Below, piece by piece: positions 53,274 through 64,000 of a stretch of 64,000 bases of DNA. The DNA is from Guillardia theta CCMP2712 (Eukaryota; Protista; Cryptophyta). Where the stretch lies: contig NW_005434498.1 of the NCBI RefSeq assembly GCF_000315625.1, positions 30,478-94,477 of the forward strand. The letters are read 5' to 3'. Under the pieces are notes generated by a model. The model did not search any database. It was given only the letters and a program-made list of their open reading frames with translations, and was not told where the DNA came from. Numbering within the stretch: the first letter of the stretch is position 1; the number at the start of each line of letters is the position of its first letter. Position numbers and translations under genes: made by a program.

Positions 53274-53904
53274 AATGCACAGCACAAGGAGGAAGCGGGA
53301 GGAGGACGAAGATACAGATAGGATGGAGGCGCCAGGCTGCACGACAGAAAGGCGCATTACGTCGCCACTGTACACTGGAAATGAGGGATACGAGTAGGTC
53401 CGTGGCCCCGTAAAATAGATAAAATACTACTGGTAGAAAACTATAAATATATTTGACTTCATGTATTACATATTGTACATGGTAACATACATGTAATATT
53501 AGAAAATATTTAAAGACATGATTATACCACGAAAAGAGATGCCTGCCAGTTGCAAGTCTAAAATTCAGTACAGATCAAAGACGTACTGATAAACAAAGAT
53601 TGTACCAGTACCAAGAAATATTATTCTATGTGGTACCATGAAATGAGGAAAACCACTAATATAAACAATGTGTCCTGCCGTAAAACTACCGGGAGATGCG
53701 TGCAATCAGTTTTCATAGTTTATAAATAAATATTTAACCGGCCGTGACTAGACCACCGGACTCCGAGTCCGGGAGGGCAAGTGGCAATGCGGCCGGGCCC
53801 GGGCCCGGCCCCGCCGGCCTGAGGCTCGCCGACGGTGGCCCACGGTGACTAGTGACTCGGACCGAGGCTCGGAGCGCGGCACTGCAGCCTCAGTCACTGA
53901 GTGG

Positions 53905-54020
53905 GGGCTTTCCTAGCCGCCCGGCCCGGCCGTCTTGCTAAGGTCGAGTCTCAGGCATGTCTGGACTCCGGCGGCGGGATGCTTGGGTTTCACCGTCATC
54001 CCAGCCGCCGCATACAGTCT
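53905..54020 (-). repeat. Inverted, insertion-riddled copy E of the 17.4/18.6 kb repeat, inside a GC-rich palindrome-dense island
   Basis: Blocks ttcctagccg, tcttgctaaggtc, catgtctgga, gatgcttgggtttcac and gcatacagtct are collinear with the reverse complement of 18745-18815. Confidence 0.9.
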
Positions 54021-54850
54021 GTGATGCTCCGTCACACCGTGGCTGCGACGTCATCGCCGCTGCCGCTGTCACTGCAGTGCATTGCGGCAGTCACGGCCCG
54101 GGGCGCGGCGGCCCGGGCCCGGGGCCCGGCGGTGACGGCCGCGCCCAGCATGGCCCGCGGCGGAGCGGCGGTGCTCTCCGAGCGCCGGTCCGCCGGATTG
54201 ATCGGACTCAGGGCCGTGCTGACGGTGACTTGACTCCAGCCGAAGTCCGCCGGGCCGGGCCGGGGCGGCGCGTCTCGCCGCAGTCGGGCCGGGCCGGCGG
54301 CCCGCCGGGGCCGGGCCGGGCCACTGCCGCTGAGGCCCTGCAGTAGGCAGGGCAGCAACAGGCAGGGGGTCGGCCTCCTATGTGAAATGGAGTCTTTTTG
54401 CTCTTTTAGTTGCAACCCCACCACCCCTACAGTCTCTGCCAACCAATCACCTAGTATCACCCCCTACTAGCTCCCTTTACACCCCTCGTTGTCCGGAGGG
54501 TAGGGTACTTTTCACCCCCACCCCCTGCCCCATATCTTGCACATCTCTTTCGTACCTACACCCTGCCTCCACTATTGCCGCTGACATCACCCCTACCCTC
54601 TTACCCTGTTGCGTCCTCCCAATCTCCTTTAAAACCTCGTTTCTTCCCTTCGCACTTCCAACCCACGTCTTCGCTTCTTCTGACTTTCCCCCCTCCCCTG
54701 GTCCTCAACTTCTCTTCTCGGTCTCGCTCTGATTTCCTTCTCCTCGGCTTTGTTTCTCTTACTCATTCCTGGCCTTCTTTGCTGCTCTTTTCACATCTCA
54801 GGTACCTTATTGCTCTCAAGCAATCTCCTCGTTATTGAATCAAAGCAAAT

Positions 54851-55393
54851 ATGATGCGTGCAATCACGCTGGCTCTATGTGCTGTACAGATATCCGCTTT
54901 TTCTGTTCCGCTTAGAATGACTGCAATGCCGTGGCCAGTGAGAGCACTGAACGATGCGGTGAAGACAGCACAAGTTGTCAACGATGGGTGGCAGCGACAC
55001 GATGATTCTATGGCAAAGATTTTGTTGCCGATTGCAGAATCAAAGCATTCCATTATAAATGACGGGTGGATTGCTCATGACAAGGCTATGTTTGCCTGGA
55101 TCCTTGGCTCAAGCTCGAAAGACATGCAACTGGAGTCGACGGCAAGGCCATTGCAGGTTTGGACAATCGCCCTCGAAGATGCCTGGAACGCACATGACCA
55201 TGCGGTCTTTAACGCCATGACTGAGAGAGGAGGACTATTCGAAAAGATGGACGATGCTTTTAAGATGACTGAGAGGATGCTGGTGACGATCACCCAAGGA
55301 ACTGAGATGTCAAATGCCGCGATCCTCATGCACGAGGCTGCAATGAAGCGAGGATCCGAGGGCATCGTTCAGGTCGTTTCGGCCATTTTCTGA
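54851..55393 (+). CDS. Hypothetical signal-peptide protein with internal WxxHD repeats; possibly plastid-targeted
   Basis: MMRAITLALCAVQISA-F (signal peptide followed by Phe); repeats NDGWQRHDDSM, NDGWIAHDKAM and EDAWNAHDHAV. Confidence 0.7.
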   Translation: MMRAITLALCAVQISAFSVPLRMTAMPWPVRALNDAVKTAQVVNDGWQRHDDSMAKILLPIAESKHSIINDGWIAHDKAMFAWILGSSSKDMQLESTARPLQVWTIALEDAWNAHDHAVFNAMTERGGLFEKMDDAFKMTERMLVTITQGTEMSNAAILMHEAAMKRGSEGIVQVVSAIF

Positions 55394-55399
55394 TGTCAG

Positions 55400-57770
55400 G
55401 CTGATTTTCCGATGCAGGCAAAGCGAATCATGCGACAGGCCTCGACTACTCTTCTCAGAGAGATGCAGAATGCTGAATTGTACGACTCGAATCCTTCTAT
55501 GGAGTACAGCATCTAATACGACAGATTCTGCTCTGACGTTAGCAAACTCCACTGGCTGCCATCCCGCTCTGACGTTAGCAAACTCCTCTGGCTGCCATGC
55601 TTATGAATATGTTTGAGCTGCATAGATAATTTAGCCTTTTGCTGCATAAAAATTGACATCTGACACCCTTGGTCTGTACAAGCACTGGTGGTTGCAACAA
55701 GGCAATGCCTACTTGTTGTCATGCCAAAGGCTCTAATGAATGAGAGGCGTGTGCAGTGGCAACTCAAGCAGACTCAATACCTCTTGTCGCATCTTCAGGT
55801 TTGCACGAAGACTTCTGAGGTAAAGTCTCGTCGGTAAACGCTCTTGGTGAAAGTCAGCGTGCTAGCACAACAGCAGAACTCGTTTCAGACCTCTCCGTTT
55901 TCACCCAGCCCGTAATCGCGATCAGGCTGCAAGGTTCCGACAGGGATGACCCTTGTGGACGATAGCTTGACATTAGCAGAGGTGCTTGGTCGCAGGTACG
56001 CGCTCCTCGGCGGTGCCTGTAACAGCATGCAAGTCATCGCCCTGACGAGGAGTGCAAGCACGAACCAAGAACGTGCTGTGCATTGAAGACTTGCAGAGAG
56101 GACCATACCGAAGATCAATCGCAACCTGCAAATCTTGAGTAGAGACGGTGAGAAGAAGACGAGAGTACGTTGCTCTGTTTTGGTGACTGGGAAGCAGCTC
56201 TGTTGACGTCCAAGTCCCCTCTCTCCCTTGGGGTTGTGAAGGACAAGGTGTACAATGAGGCCCCCGCATCTCCAAGGCCATAGGATGTCCGAGGTCTCGC
56301 TTGCTCCTCCACTGGAGCACTAAAAATTGTATTCACGAGTTCTGCCTTTCGCGCGAAAGAGGATCGACTTGCCTGCTGTTCTGGAATGCTCCAGCCTTGT
56401 CGAGGTTCCTTCCCCAGGCCGAATAAGAAGTTCGCATGTCCACCTTCCATTCCTTGTCCATTTGTATGTTCACCTGAGCTCTCAGCTGTCACAAATATGT
56501 GCATGGCATAGATGGCAAGCAAACCGCTCGTGCTGCTTCTATCGGCTGTGTCTTGACGACATTTGGGCCGAAGTTCTTATACGTCGACATATAAAATGTT
56601 TGTCCATCTTGACCTAGTCCTGTCATGTTATCAGTGTTGGGTAGTCATCACTACATGAAGAGGGAACCAAGGTTGTCCTTGTTGATCGTCGGCTTTCCTT
56701 CTACGCGCATCTTCAACCCAAGATTCGAGCTTTCCCCTGTCAAGCTTCAGCGTCTTATCACTTTAAGGTGCCTCTGCCTGTGTAAAGGTCTTTGGAAGGA
56801 GCGCGGAATGCGTCGACGTATGTAGTTTGCGAATAGAGCTTGCTTCCAAAGCGGAGAGAGCTTTGCCGGACCTGGTGCCCCACATCTCATCGGCGAGTGT
56901 CAAGCGAGAAACAGCGCGAGTTCTCACCCGGTCTCCAATAGCTCCTGGTTTTGGCCTGCGAGCTCCTTCTTCTGGGTTCCAATCCACTTTTGACATTTCC
57001 ATACTTGCCCTAGTGCCTCTACTTCGCGATGTGGGCTCCTGCTTCGTCTTCGACAGCGACGGCCGAAGGTTGGAGTTCTGTCGCAGGAAGGCAGACTTAG
57101 GCGGAGGTTGGAAGCTTTCTTGCATAGAGGAGACGCACAGAGGACCATAAGGCTGCACTTGAACTTTCTTTCTGTCTTTTTGAACAAATATTGGAAGGCG
57201 CTTTGAAGCAGATAACCCATCAAATGCCTCGTGATGCTTAGGGTTACCAAAGTCCTCTTTATACACTGTGCGAACGTGTCCGAGCTTCCCGTCGGCCTCA
57301 ATTGTATCTTGAGTCTTCGTCGTCTGAATGTTCGCTTCCAAAGGTCGTACGGGGAAAGAGTCAACATACGAGGTGCTGTAGGTGGTGTTTGACTGGCCCT
57401 TCGCGGCAATGTGTACAGTCTTGGCGCTTTCGATGGGTTTAGTCTTCTGTTTGTATGCCTCCCCGAAGTCCAGGAAACTTTCGCCATACATTGTTCTGGC
57501 ATTTTCGCCCAGCCCGAGATCGTTCGAGTCATGAGATTTCTTTGATGGGATGTTCGTCATTTTAGAGGATCTTCCAGCATACACGTCAAGAGGAGGCGCC
57601 TCGTATTCGATCATGTACGTTGTCTTCCCCACTATCTTTGACCTCTTCGAACCAAAAGAAATAGTTCCCTTCCTGCGAGAAGGACTGCTGAGACTCTCCA
57701 TCGCAACACCGTGTCTTGTGTCTTTAGTCCCTGAAACCAAACAGAACATCAGCAACCACGCAAGAAGCAA
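55400..57770 (-). CDS. SAXO/Mn-motif-like repeat protein (candidate microtubule inner protein), multi-exon
   Basis: Recurrent [ST]-x-Y-x3-[FY] motifs (TTYMIEY, TMYGESF, TSYVDSF, TVYKEDF, TTYVDAF) and a duplicated YGPLCxSSMxxxFxxPPxSA[FY]LR block. Gene ends are approximate. Confidence 0.55.
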
Positions 57771-59417
57771 CGATTCTAAGCTTTGAAGTCCGCCCCTGCC
57801 CCTCCTCGTCTGCAGTCGCTCGATTCCTTCTCCACCTCCTCTGCTCTTGACGACTCATTTGCCACCTCAGTGGGATCTCAGCATATCCTCGTTCTCCAAC
57901 AGTCCTACACCGTCATTACTAACCGTCCTACATCTACATGCTCCCTTACCCAGTCCGCCTCACCTCACGATGGCACTGCCGGATTTCTTTACTCAAAGTT
58001 AGCCGCCGGGATGATCCGAGGCTAGTAAGTTCAGCACAGTGCGCGGCACTGGGCCCGGTTCCGAGCCTCCGGTTTTTAGCCGGCCGGCCCGGCCGCCCGA
58101 CTCGTGACTGATCAAAGTGACTGAGTCCCCCGACTCCTGCCGTCCCGGTATTCCACTATCAATACAGAATTTACTCATCTCATGATAGTAAATTCACTTG
58201 ATTACTTTACTCAAAGTTAAATTAAAAATCAGTACGAGGACAATAATGAGAGTCGAGGAGGCTTGACCCTGACACTGTACGGTCGCACAGGCCAAACGGC
58301 GAGAAGAGAAAGACAGCGAGAACCAAACCAAATCCTGCCGACTGCTGTCCCCCAAACTTAACTGAAACTTGATTAATAATGAGGTACTGGTGCTGATTTA
58401 ACTGAACTTTGAACATCACGCATGTCACATAAGGATTCTTTTGAACTTCTGAAGTAAACTTTTACTTTGTGATGTAAACTTTATAATTTCATCATTATTC
58501 TTTCTTAGATTGAAATATACTTATCATATTTCGAATTTTCTCCCGAGAAAAGAGCACAGTCGATCATTTGAATTCAATTTATCAACTTATGGAAGTTGAT
58601 AGTGCAATCACATGATGATATCCGGAAACCGATTGGCGAGGTTTGAGGCGTCATTGTAATTGAGGGGTGCAGGGGTGCAGGAGTATGAGGGGTAGGTAGC
58701 CAATGATGCAGGGGGGAATGATGGGTGGGGGGTGCAGTGGGGTCCGTTGGCTCTTTAGGCCCCAGAGGGTGGTTGAGATATACTCTAACCAGCCGTGGTA
58801 AATATCAACCCCACCCATGTCGTTCCATCGAGGCTATGGTAAATGAAAGGGTGATCAGAGTTCAGACAGACATGTTTAGAGTAGACGGGGTGGGTGGGGA
58901 ATCCATCATTTTCTTTGATTTCGTTTCGTTCCTGGTACGGTCAAGGGCTGGCCGGCAGTGACGCCTGATCGTTACAAATAAATGTTAGAGCAGGAAGAGC
59001 TCAAGGATGGGGATAGATCTGATTATGACTCGAGTGGGAGACTGTAAGAAAGGGGATCGGATGTTATCAGGCAGCCTGTGTGTTTAACGTCTTGAGATCA
59101 AAACGTGACGGCTAGTTGATGTGAGAAAAGAAGGAACCTTGGAGTTTGTAGAGCAGGTTTAATGCTTTAGAAAGGATGGAGCATACCTGGATAGCGGTCA
59201 GGACCATGAGGTATAGCTTACCAGTTTTTGTTTTCCCCTGTATGATTGTTTATCTCCACGGCCAGACAATAATATGTTATTCTGCGTAGATACATAGGTA
59301 ACATCTATGCTTTATTTTACATCTAGAGCACAGTAATCTGTCAGCATGTTCTGTGGAGCACAAACAATTGTTTGAATTCAATCTCTGATTTTATTTTATT
59401 TTTAGAGATATTTTCTG

Positions 59418-60131
59418 ATGGGTGCGGGTATTGGAGTCGCTGCCAAGGTAGGAGTAGTTGCTGGCGGAGTAGCTGCTCTCCTCTTCAATGCAGGACCGAA
59501 GAGACAAAGGAGATGGCAACATTCATTTGAAGGAGATGGCCAACGATCATTAGAATCCAGCTCGGATCGAGATGTGAGACCTGGTCCTCGAAACAAGAAG
59601 AAGGAACTCAAAGAAAGCAAGTTTATGGAATCAAATGAACGCAGAGAAGTTTCACAGATGGAAATGTTTGAGGAGCAGAGTTTGAAGATTCCACCTTCTT
59701 CAAGCAACTCAAATGTACAAATGCGTGAGGATCAGAGCTTGAAGATCCCGCCTTCGACAAACAAACAAAACTTGCAAGATTTTTCACGAAACAAGAATCC
59801 TGTTGCAGAGAAGTCCCTTAATCTCGGCTATGAAGAAAACACCAGATTTCAAGCACCACCCGTGGGCATGAGCAAGCGGGAATCTACCCTGGATTTTGAA
59901 AAATCCATGAAAGAAAAGGAGAAATTTGCACGAATTCTTGATGAAGCTGTTGAAATGCTCGATCGTGAACTGTCAGCTTTACAACATCATAAGGAGGTGA
60001 ATGATGTACATCACAAAGTTGAAGTCTTGAAAGACATGACCCAGAGGCTGGATCCAGGAATCAAAGAATCAGACCAAAGGGCAAAAGAACTTGATGCAGT
60101 CATTTCAAGACTTGACAGGAGGAACCGATAG
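59418..60131 (+). CDS. Hypothetical protein with an N-terminal hydrophobic segment and C-terminal coiled coil (probably the last exon of a longer gene)
   Basis: 237-codon ORF preceded by a ttttag acceptor-like site; internal duplication EQSLKIPPS / DQSLKIPPS. Confidence 0.55.
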   Translation: MGAGIGVAAKVGVVAGGVAALLFNAGPKRQRRWQHSFEGDGQRSLESSSDRDVRPGPRNKKKELKESKFMESNERREVSQMEMFEEQSLKIPPSSSNSNVQMREDQSLKIPPSTNKQNLQDFSRNKNPVAEKSLNLGYEENTRFQAPPVGMSKRESTLDFEKSMKEKEKFARILDEAVEMLDRELSALQHHKEVNDVHHKVEVLKDMTQRLDPGIKESDQRAKELDAVISRLDRRNR

Positions 60132-61021
60132 AGTTTTCAACCTTCCTTCAATCCAAAAACATTCAATTAATAATCTGAAATCTGTACATATAAGTAGATG
60201 TTCTACTCATAATTTTGGTGTACTAATCAATACATTTTACAGTATGCTCATGTTCAGCTTAAATCTTCAAAGTATGATCCTTCAACATGAGAATTCAGGC
60301 CAACACTGAATTAATGAGGAGCCTGGCAGTGACTTCTCAATCCTTGTAGAGTGACGAAAACCTGGACGAAAACCTCGTCACATACTTGGTAGGGATGGCC
60401 TGGTGCGCCGCGCTTGCCTCAGACCCCTGCCAGTCCGGTTCAAGTTCGTACACGTGACTGATAATGATAACTTTTACAGCTGGTTGGGAATTTTAGGTCC
60501 GTACACACAGGATTGCTTCATTTATTACCACGACTCTGTGATAACTACTTTGTTGGTACTCTCCTCACATAATAAAATTTTAGTGAAAGGTTACTGATGT
60601 CTGAAAATATAACTCTTCGTACACTTGACGCGGTACACTGGTAGTTACAGGGAACAGTGGCAGTTCAGGAATCATTTTTAAAATCACTCATAGACATTTT
60701 GGTAGTAGCTATATACGTTATAAGAATTCATGGTACTAGGAACTAAGACTCTAAGACTTGATCCATTCAGATTCTATAAGGCTAGCTGGACAGAGGGAAC
60801 AGGGGTGGTAGTCCCCTAATCCAACAGTGGAAAATAGGGGTAGTCTCAAGTAGGGGGGGTGGTGTGTCATTGCGGGTTGGCATGAAGGCGGGAAGTGAAG
60901 GAGGGAAGAATCAGTTCTGAGCAAGATCAAAAACTGCGCAGAGCAGGTCGGAACAAAAGTTACCTGCATGAAAATCCGCAAAACAATCCTTTACAATTAC
61001 AACACCAAACATTGCTAAAAA

Positions 61022-64000
61022 ATGAGAGTGAAATCATTCTTAGTATGCCTCGGTTTCATCAATGTCATCAACAGGGTGGAAGGCATTGAAACAACTATGA
61101 ACATAAACAACAACTACCTAGAAAGCACCTCACAGATATCCCTGCCTACAACATACTGGTGGAAAACAAAAAACATCTCAAAACAGGTGTGCAGACAAAC
61201 GAAATACAATGCAAACTGTACAGCATATTGTGATGCATTCATTAACTGTAGCGGGCACGGGCGGTGCAGGGGAGTAGACGGGAGGTGCGAGTGTCTGGCG
61301 GGCTGGGCGGGAGAGCGATGTAACGTGTCGGCGGGGGCGGCGGGGAGCGGGAGCTGCGGGGAGGGCTTCGCGGGGCCAGGGTGCCGGGCCTGCTCGCAGG
61401 ACGTGTACGGAGAGAACTGCTCGGCAGCCTGCGAGGCCGGGACGACCTGCAGCGGGCACGGGCGGTNNNNNNNNNNNNNNNNNNNNNNNNNNNNNNNNNN
61501 NNNNNNNNNNNNNNNNNNNNNNNNNNNNNNNNNNNNNNNNNNNNNNNNNNNNNNNNNNNNNNNNNNNNNNNNNNNNNNNNNNNNNNNNNNNNNNNNNNNN
61601 NNNNNNNNNNNNNNNNNNNNNNNNNNNNNNNNNNNNNNNNNNNNNNNNNNNNNNNNNNNNNNNNNNNNNNNNNNNNNNNNNNNNNNNNNNNNNNNNNNNN
61701 NNNNNNNNNNNNNNNNNNNNNNNNNNNNNNNNNNNNNNNNNNNNNNNNNNNNNNNNNNNNNNNNNNNCTTCGCGGGGCCAGGGTGCCGGGCCTGCTCGCA
61801 GGACGTGTACGGAGAGAACGTTTGCTCGGCAGCCTGCGGAGGCCGGGACGACCTGCAGCGGGCACGGGCGGTGCAGGGGAGTAGACGGGAGGTGCGAGTG
61901 TCTGGCGGGCTGGGCGGGAGAGCGATGTAACGTGTCGGCGGGGGCGGCGGGGAGCGGGAGCTGCGGGGAGGGCTTCGCGGGGGCCAGGGTGCCGGGCCTG
62001 CTCGCAGGACGTGTACGGAGGGAACTGCTCGGCAGCCTGCAAGGCCGGGACGACCTGCAGCGGGCACGGGCGGTGCAGGGGAGTAGACGGGAGGTGCGAG
62101 TGTCTGGCGGGCTGGGCGGGAGAGCGATGTAACGTGTCGGCGGGGGCGGCGGGGAGCGGGAGCTGCGGGGGGGGCTTCGCGGGGCCAGGGTGCCGGGCCT
62201 GCTCGCAGGACGTGTACNNNNNNNNNNNNNNNNNNNNNNNNNNNNNNNNNNNNNNNNNNNNNNNNNNNNNNNNNNNNNNNNNNNNNNNNNNNNNNNNNNN
62301 NNNNNNNNNNNNNNNNNNNNNNNNNNNNNNNNNNNNNNNNNNNNNNNNNNNNNNNNNNNNNNNNNNNNNNNNNNNNNNNNNNNNNNNNNNNNNNNNNNNN
62401 NNNNNNNNNNNNNNNNNNNNNNNNNNNNNNNNNNNNNNNNNNNNNNNNNNNNNNNNNNNNNNNNNNNNNNNNNNNNNNNNNNNNNNNNNNNNNNNNNNNN
62501 NNNNNNNNNNNNNNNNNNNNNNNNNNNNNNNNNNNNNNNNNNNNNNNNNNNNNNNNNNNNNNNNNNNNNNNNNNNNNTTCGCGGGGCCAGGTTGCCGGGC
62601 CTGCTCGCAGGACGTGTACGGAGGGAACTGCTCGGGCAGCCTGCGAGGCCGGGACGACCTGCAGCGGGCACGGGCGGTGCAGGGGAGTAGACGGGAGGTG
62701 TAAATGCTTCCCAAGCTGGGCGGGAGAGCGATGTAACGTGTCGGCGGGGGCGGCGGGGAGCGGGAGCTGCGGGGAGGGCTTCGCGGGGCCAGGGTGCCGG
62801 GCCTGCTCGCAGGACGTGTACGGAGGGAACTGCTCGGCAGCCTGCGAGGCCGGGACGACCTGCAGCGGGCACGGGCGGTGCAGGGGAGTAGACGGGAGGT
62901 GCGAGTGTCTGGCGGGCTGGGCGGGAGAGCGATGTAACGTGTCGGCGGGGGCGGCGGGGAGCGGGAGCTGCGGGGAGGGCTTCGCGGGGCCAGGGTGCCG
63001 GGCCTGCTCGCAGGACGTGTACGGAGAGAACTGCTCGGCAGCCTGCGAGGCCGGGACGACCTGCAGCGGGCACGGGCGGTGCAGGGGAGTAGACGGGAGG
63101 TGCGAGTGTCTGGCGGGCTGGGCGGGAGAGCGATGTAACGTGTCGGCGGGGGCGGCGGGGAGCGGGAGCTGCGGGGAGGGCTTCGCGGGGCCAGGGTGCC
63201 GGGCCTGCTCGCAGGACGTGTACGGAGAGAACTGCTCGGCAGCCTGCGAGGCCGGGACGACCTGCAGCGGGCACGGGCGGTGCAGGGGAGTAGACGGGAG
63301 GTGCGAATGCTCGAGGCTGGGCGGGAGAGCGATGTAACGTGTCGGCGGGGGCGGCGGGGAGCGGGAGCTGCGGGGAGGGCTTCGCGGGGCCAGGGTGCCG
63401 GGCCTGCTCGCAGGACGTGTACGGAGAGAACTGCTCGGCAGCCTGCGAGGCCGGGACGACCTGCAGCGGGCACGGGCGGTGCAGGGGAGTAGACGGGAGG
63501 TGCGAGTGTCTGGCGGGCTGGGCGGGAGAGCGATGTAACGTNNNNNNNNNNNNNNNNNNNNNNNNNNNNNNNNNNNNNNNNNNNNNNNNNNNNNNNNNNN
63601 NNNNNNNNNNNNNNNNNNNNNNNNNNNNNNNNNNNNNNNNNCGGCGGGGGCGGCGGGGAGCGGGAGCTGCGGGGAGGGCTTCGCGGGGCCAGGGTGCCGG
63701 GCCTGCTCGCAGGACGTGTACGGAGAGAACTGCTCGGCAGCCTGCGAGGCCGGGACGACCTGCAGCGGGCACGGGCGGTGCAGGGGAGTAGACGGGAGGT
63801 GCGAGTGTCTGGCGGGCTGGGCGGGAGAGCGATGTAACGTGTCGGCGGGGGCGGCGGGGAGCGGGAGCTGCGGGGAGGGCTTCGCGGGGCCAGGGTGCCG
63901 GGCCTGCTCGCAGGACGTGTACGGAGGGAACTGCTCGGCAGCCTGCGAGGCCGGGACGACCTGCAGCGGGCACGGGCGGTGCAGGGGAGTAGACGGGAGG
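61022..64000 (+). CDS. Secreted or surface EGF/laminin-EGF-like repeat protein, partial, with assembly gaps
   Basis: Hydrophobic N-terminus followed by 67-aa Cys/Gly-rich units containing CSGHGRCRGVDGRCECLAGWAGERC. Confidence 0.8.
61247..64000 (+). repeat. Near-identical 201-bp GC-rich coding tandem repeat
   Basis: Equivalent positions recur at 62738, 62939 and 63140. Three N gaps interrupt the array. Confidence 0.95.

Noticed and set aside
53901-54460. Ala/Arg/Gly/Pro-rich ORFs in the GC island
   Set aside because: Stop-poor because of GC content, and the region aligns to a non-coding repeat with frame-disrupting insertions.
61769-63340. Frameshifts in the EGF array as programmed phase variation or pseudogenisation
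   Set aside because: Most lie near N gaps in a near-identical repeat, so low-quality assembly is the simpler explanation.
61114-63973. Long minus-strand ORFs across the tandem repeat
   Set aside because: Antisense frames of the GC-rich repeat, extended artificially through N runs.

Overview
Gene-dense eukaryotic DNA with many short (about 40-55 nt) spliceosomal introns. The style suggests a cryptophyte such as Guillardia theta; this is an inference. Recognisable genes: a membrane-anchored GILT-like thiol reductase, a Sen1/senataxin-like helicase, an ArsS-type radical SAM protein, an approximately 6,300-aa LRR protein built from about 35 individually capped modules, Nuf2, a Josephin/ataxin-3 deubiquitinase, a Zn2Cys6 regulator, an RMND1/Rmd1 (DUF155) protein, ubiquitin-like and PH-domain proteins, a SAXO-like repeat protein, and a gapped EGF-like array with 201-bp units. 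Three things stand out. (1) A degenerate Fanzor1 (eukaryotic TnpB-type RNA-guided nuclease) at 10.6-12.0 kb lies directly behind a minisatellite rich in TTCCCGC (E2F-like) motifs. (2) Copies of a dispersed repeat (17.4, 18.6, 19.0-19.3 and 53.9 kb) differ mostly by many short, GC-rich, often duplication-flanked insertions; this suggests a process that converts ordinary intergenic DNA into GC-rich palindrome-dense islands. (3) The giant concatenated LRR gene. Exon boundaries were read by eye and some are approximate.
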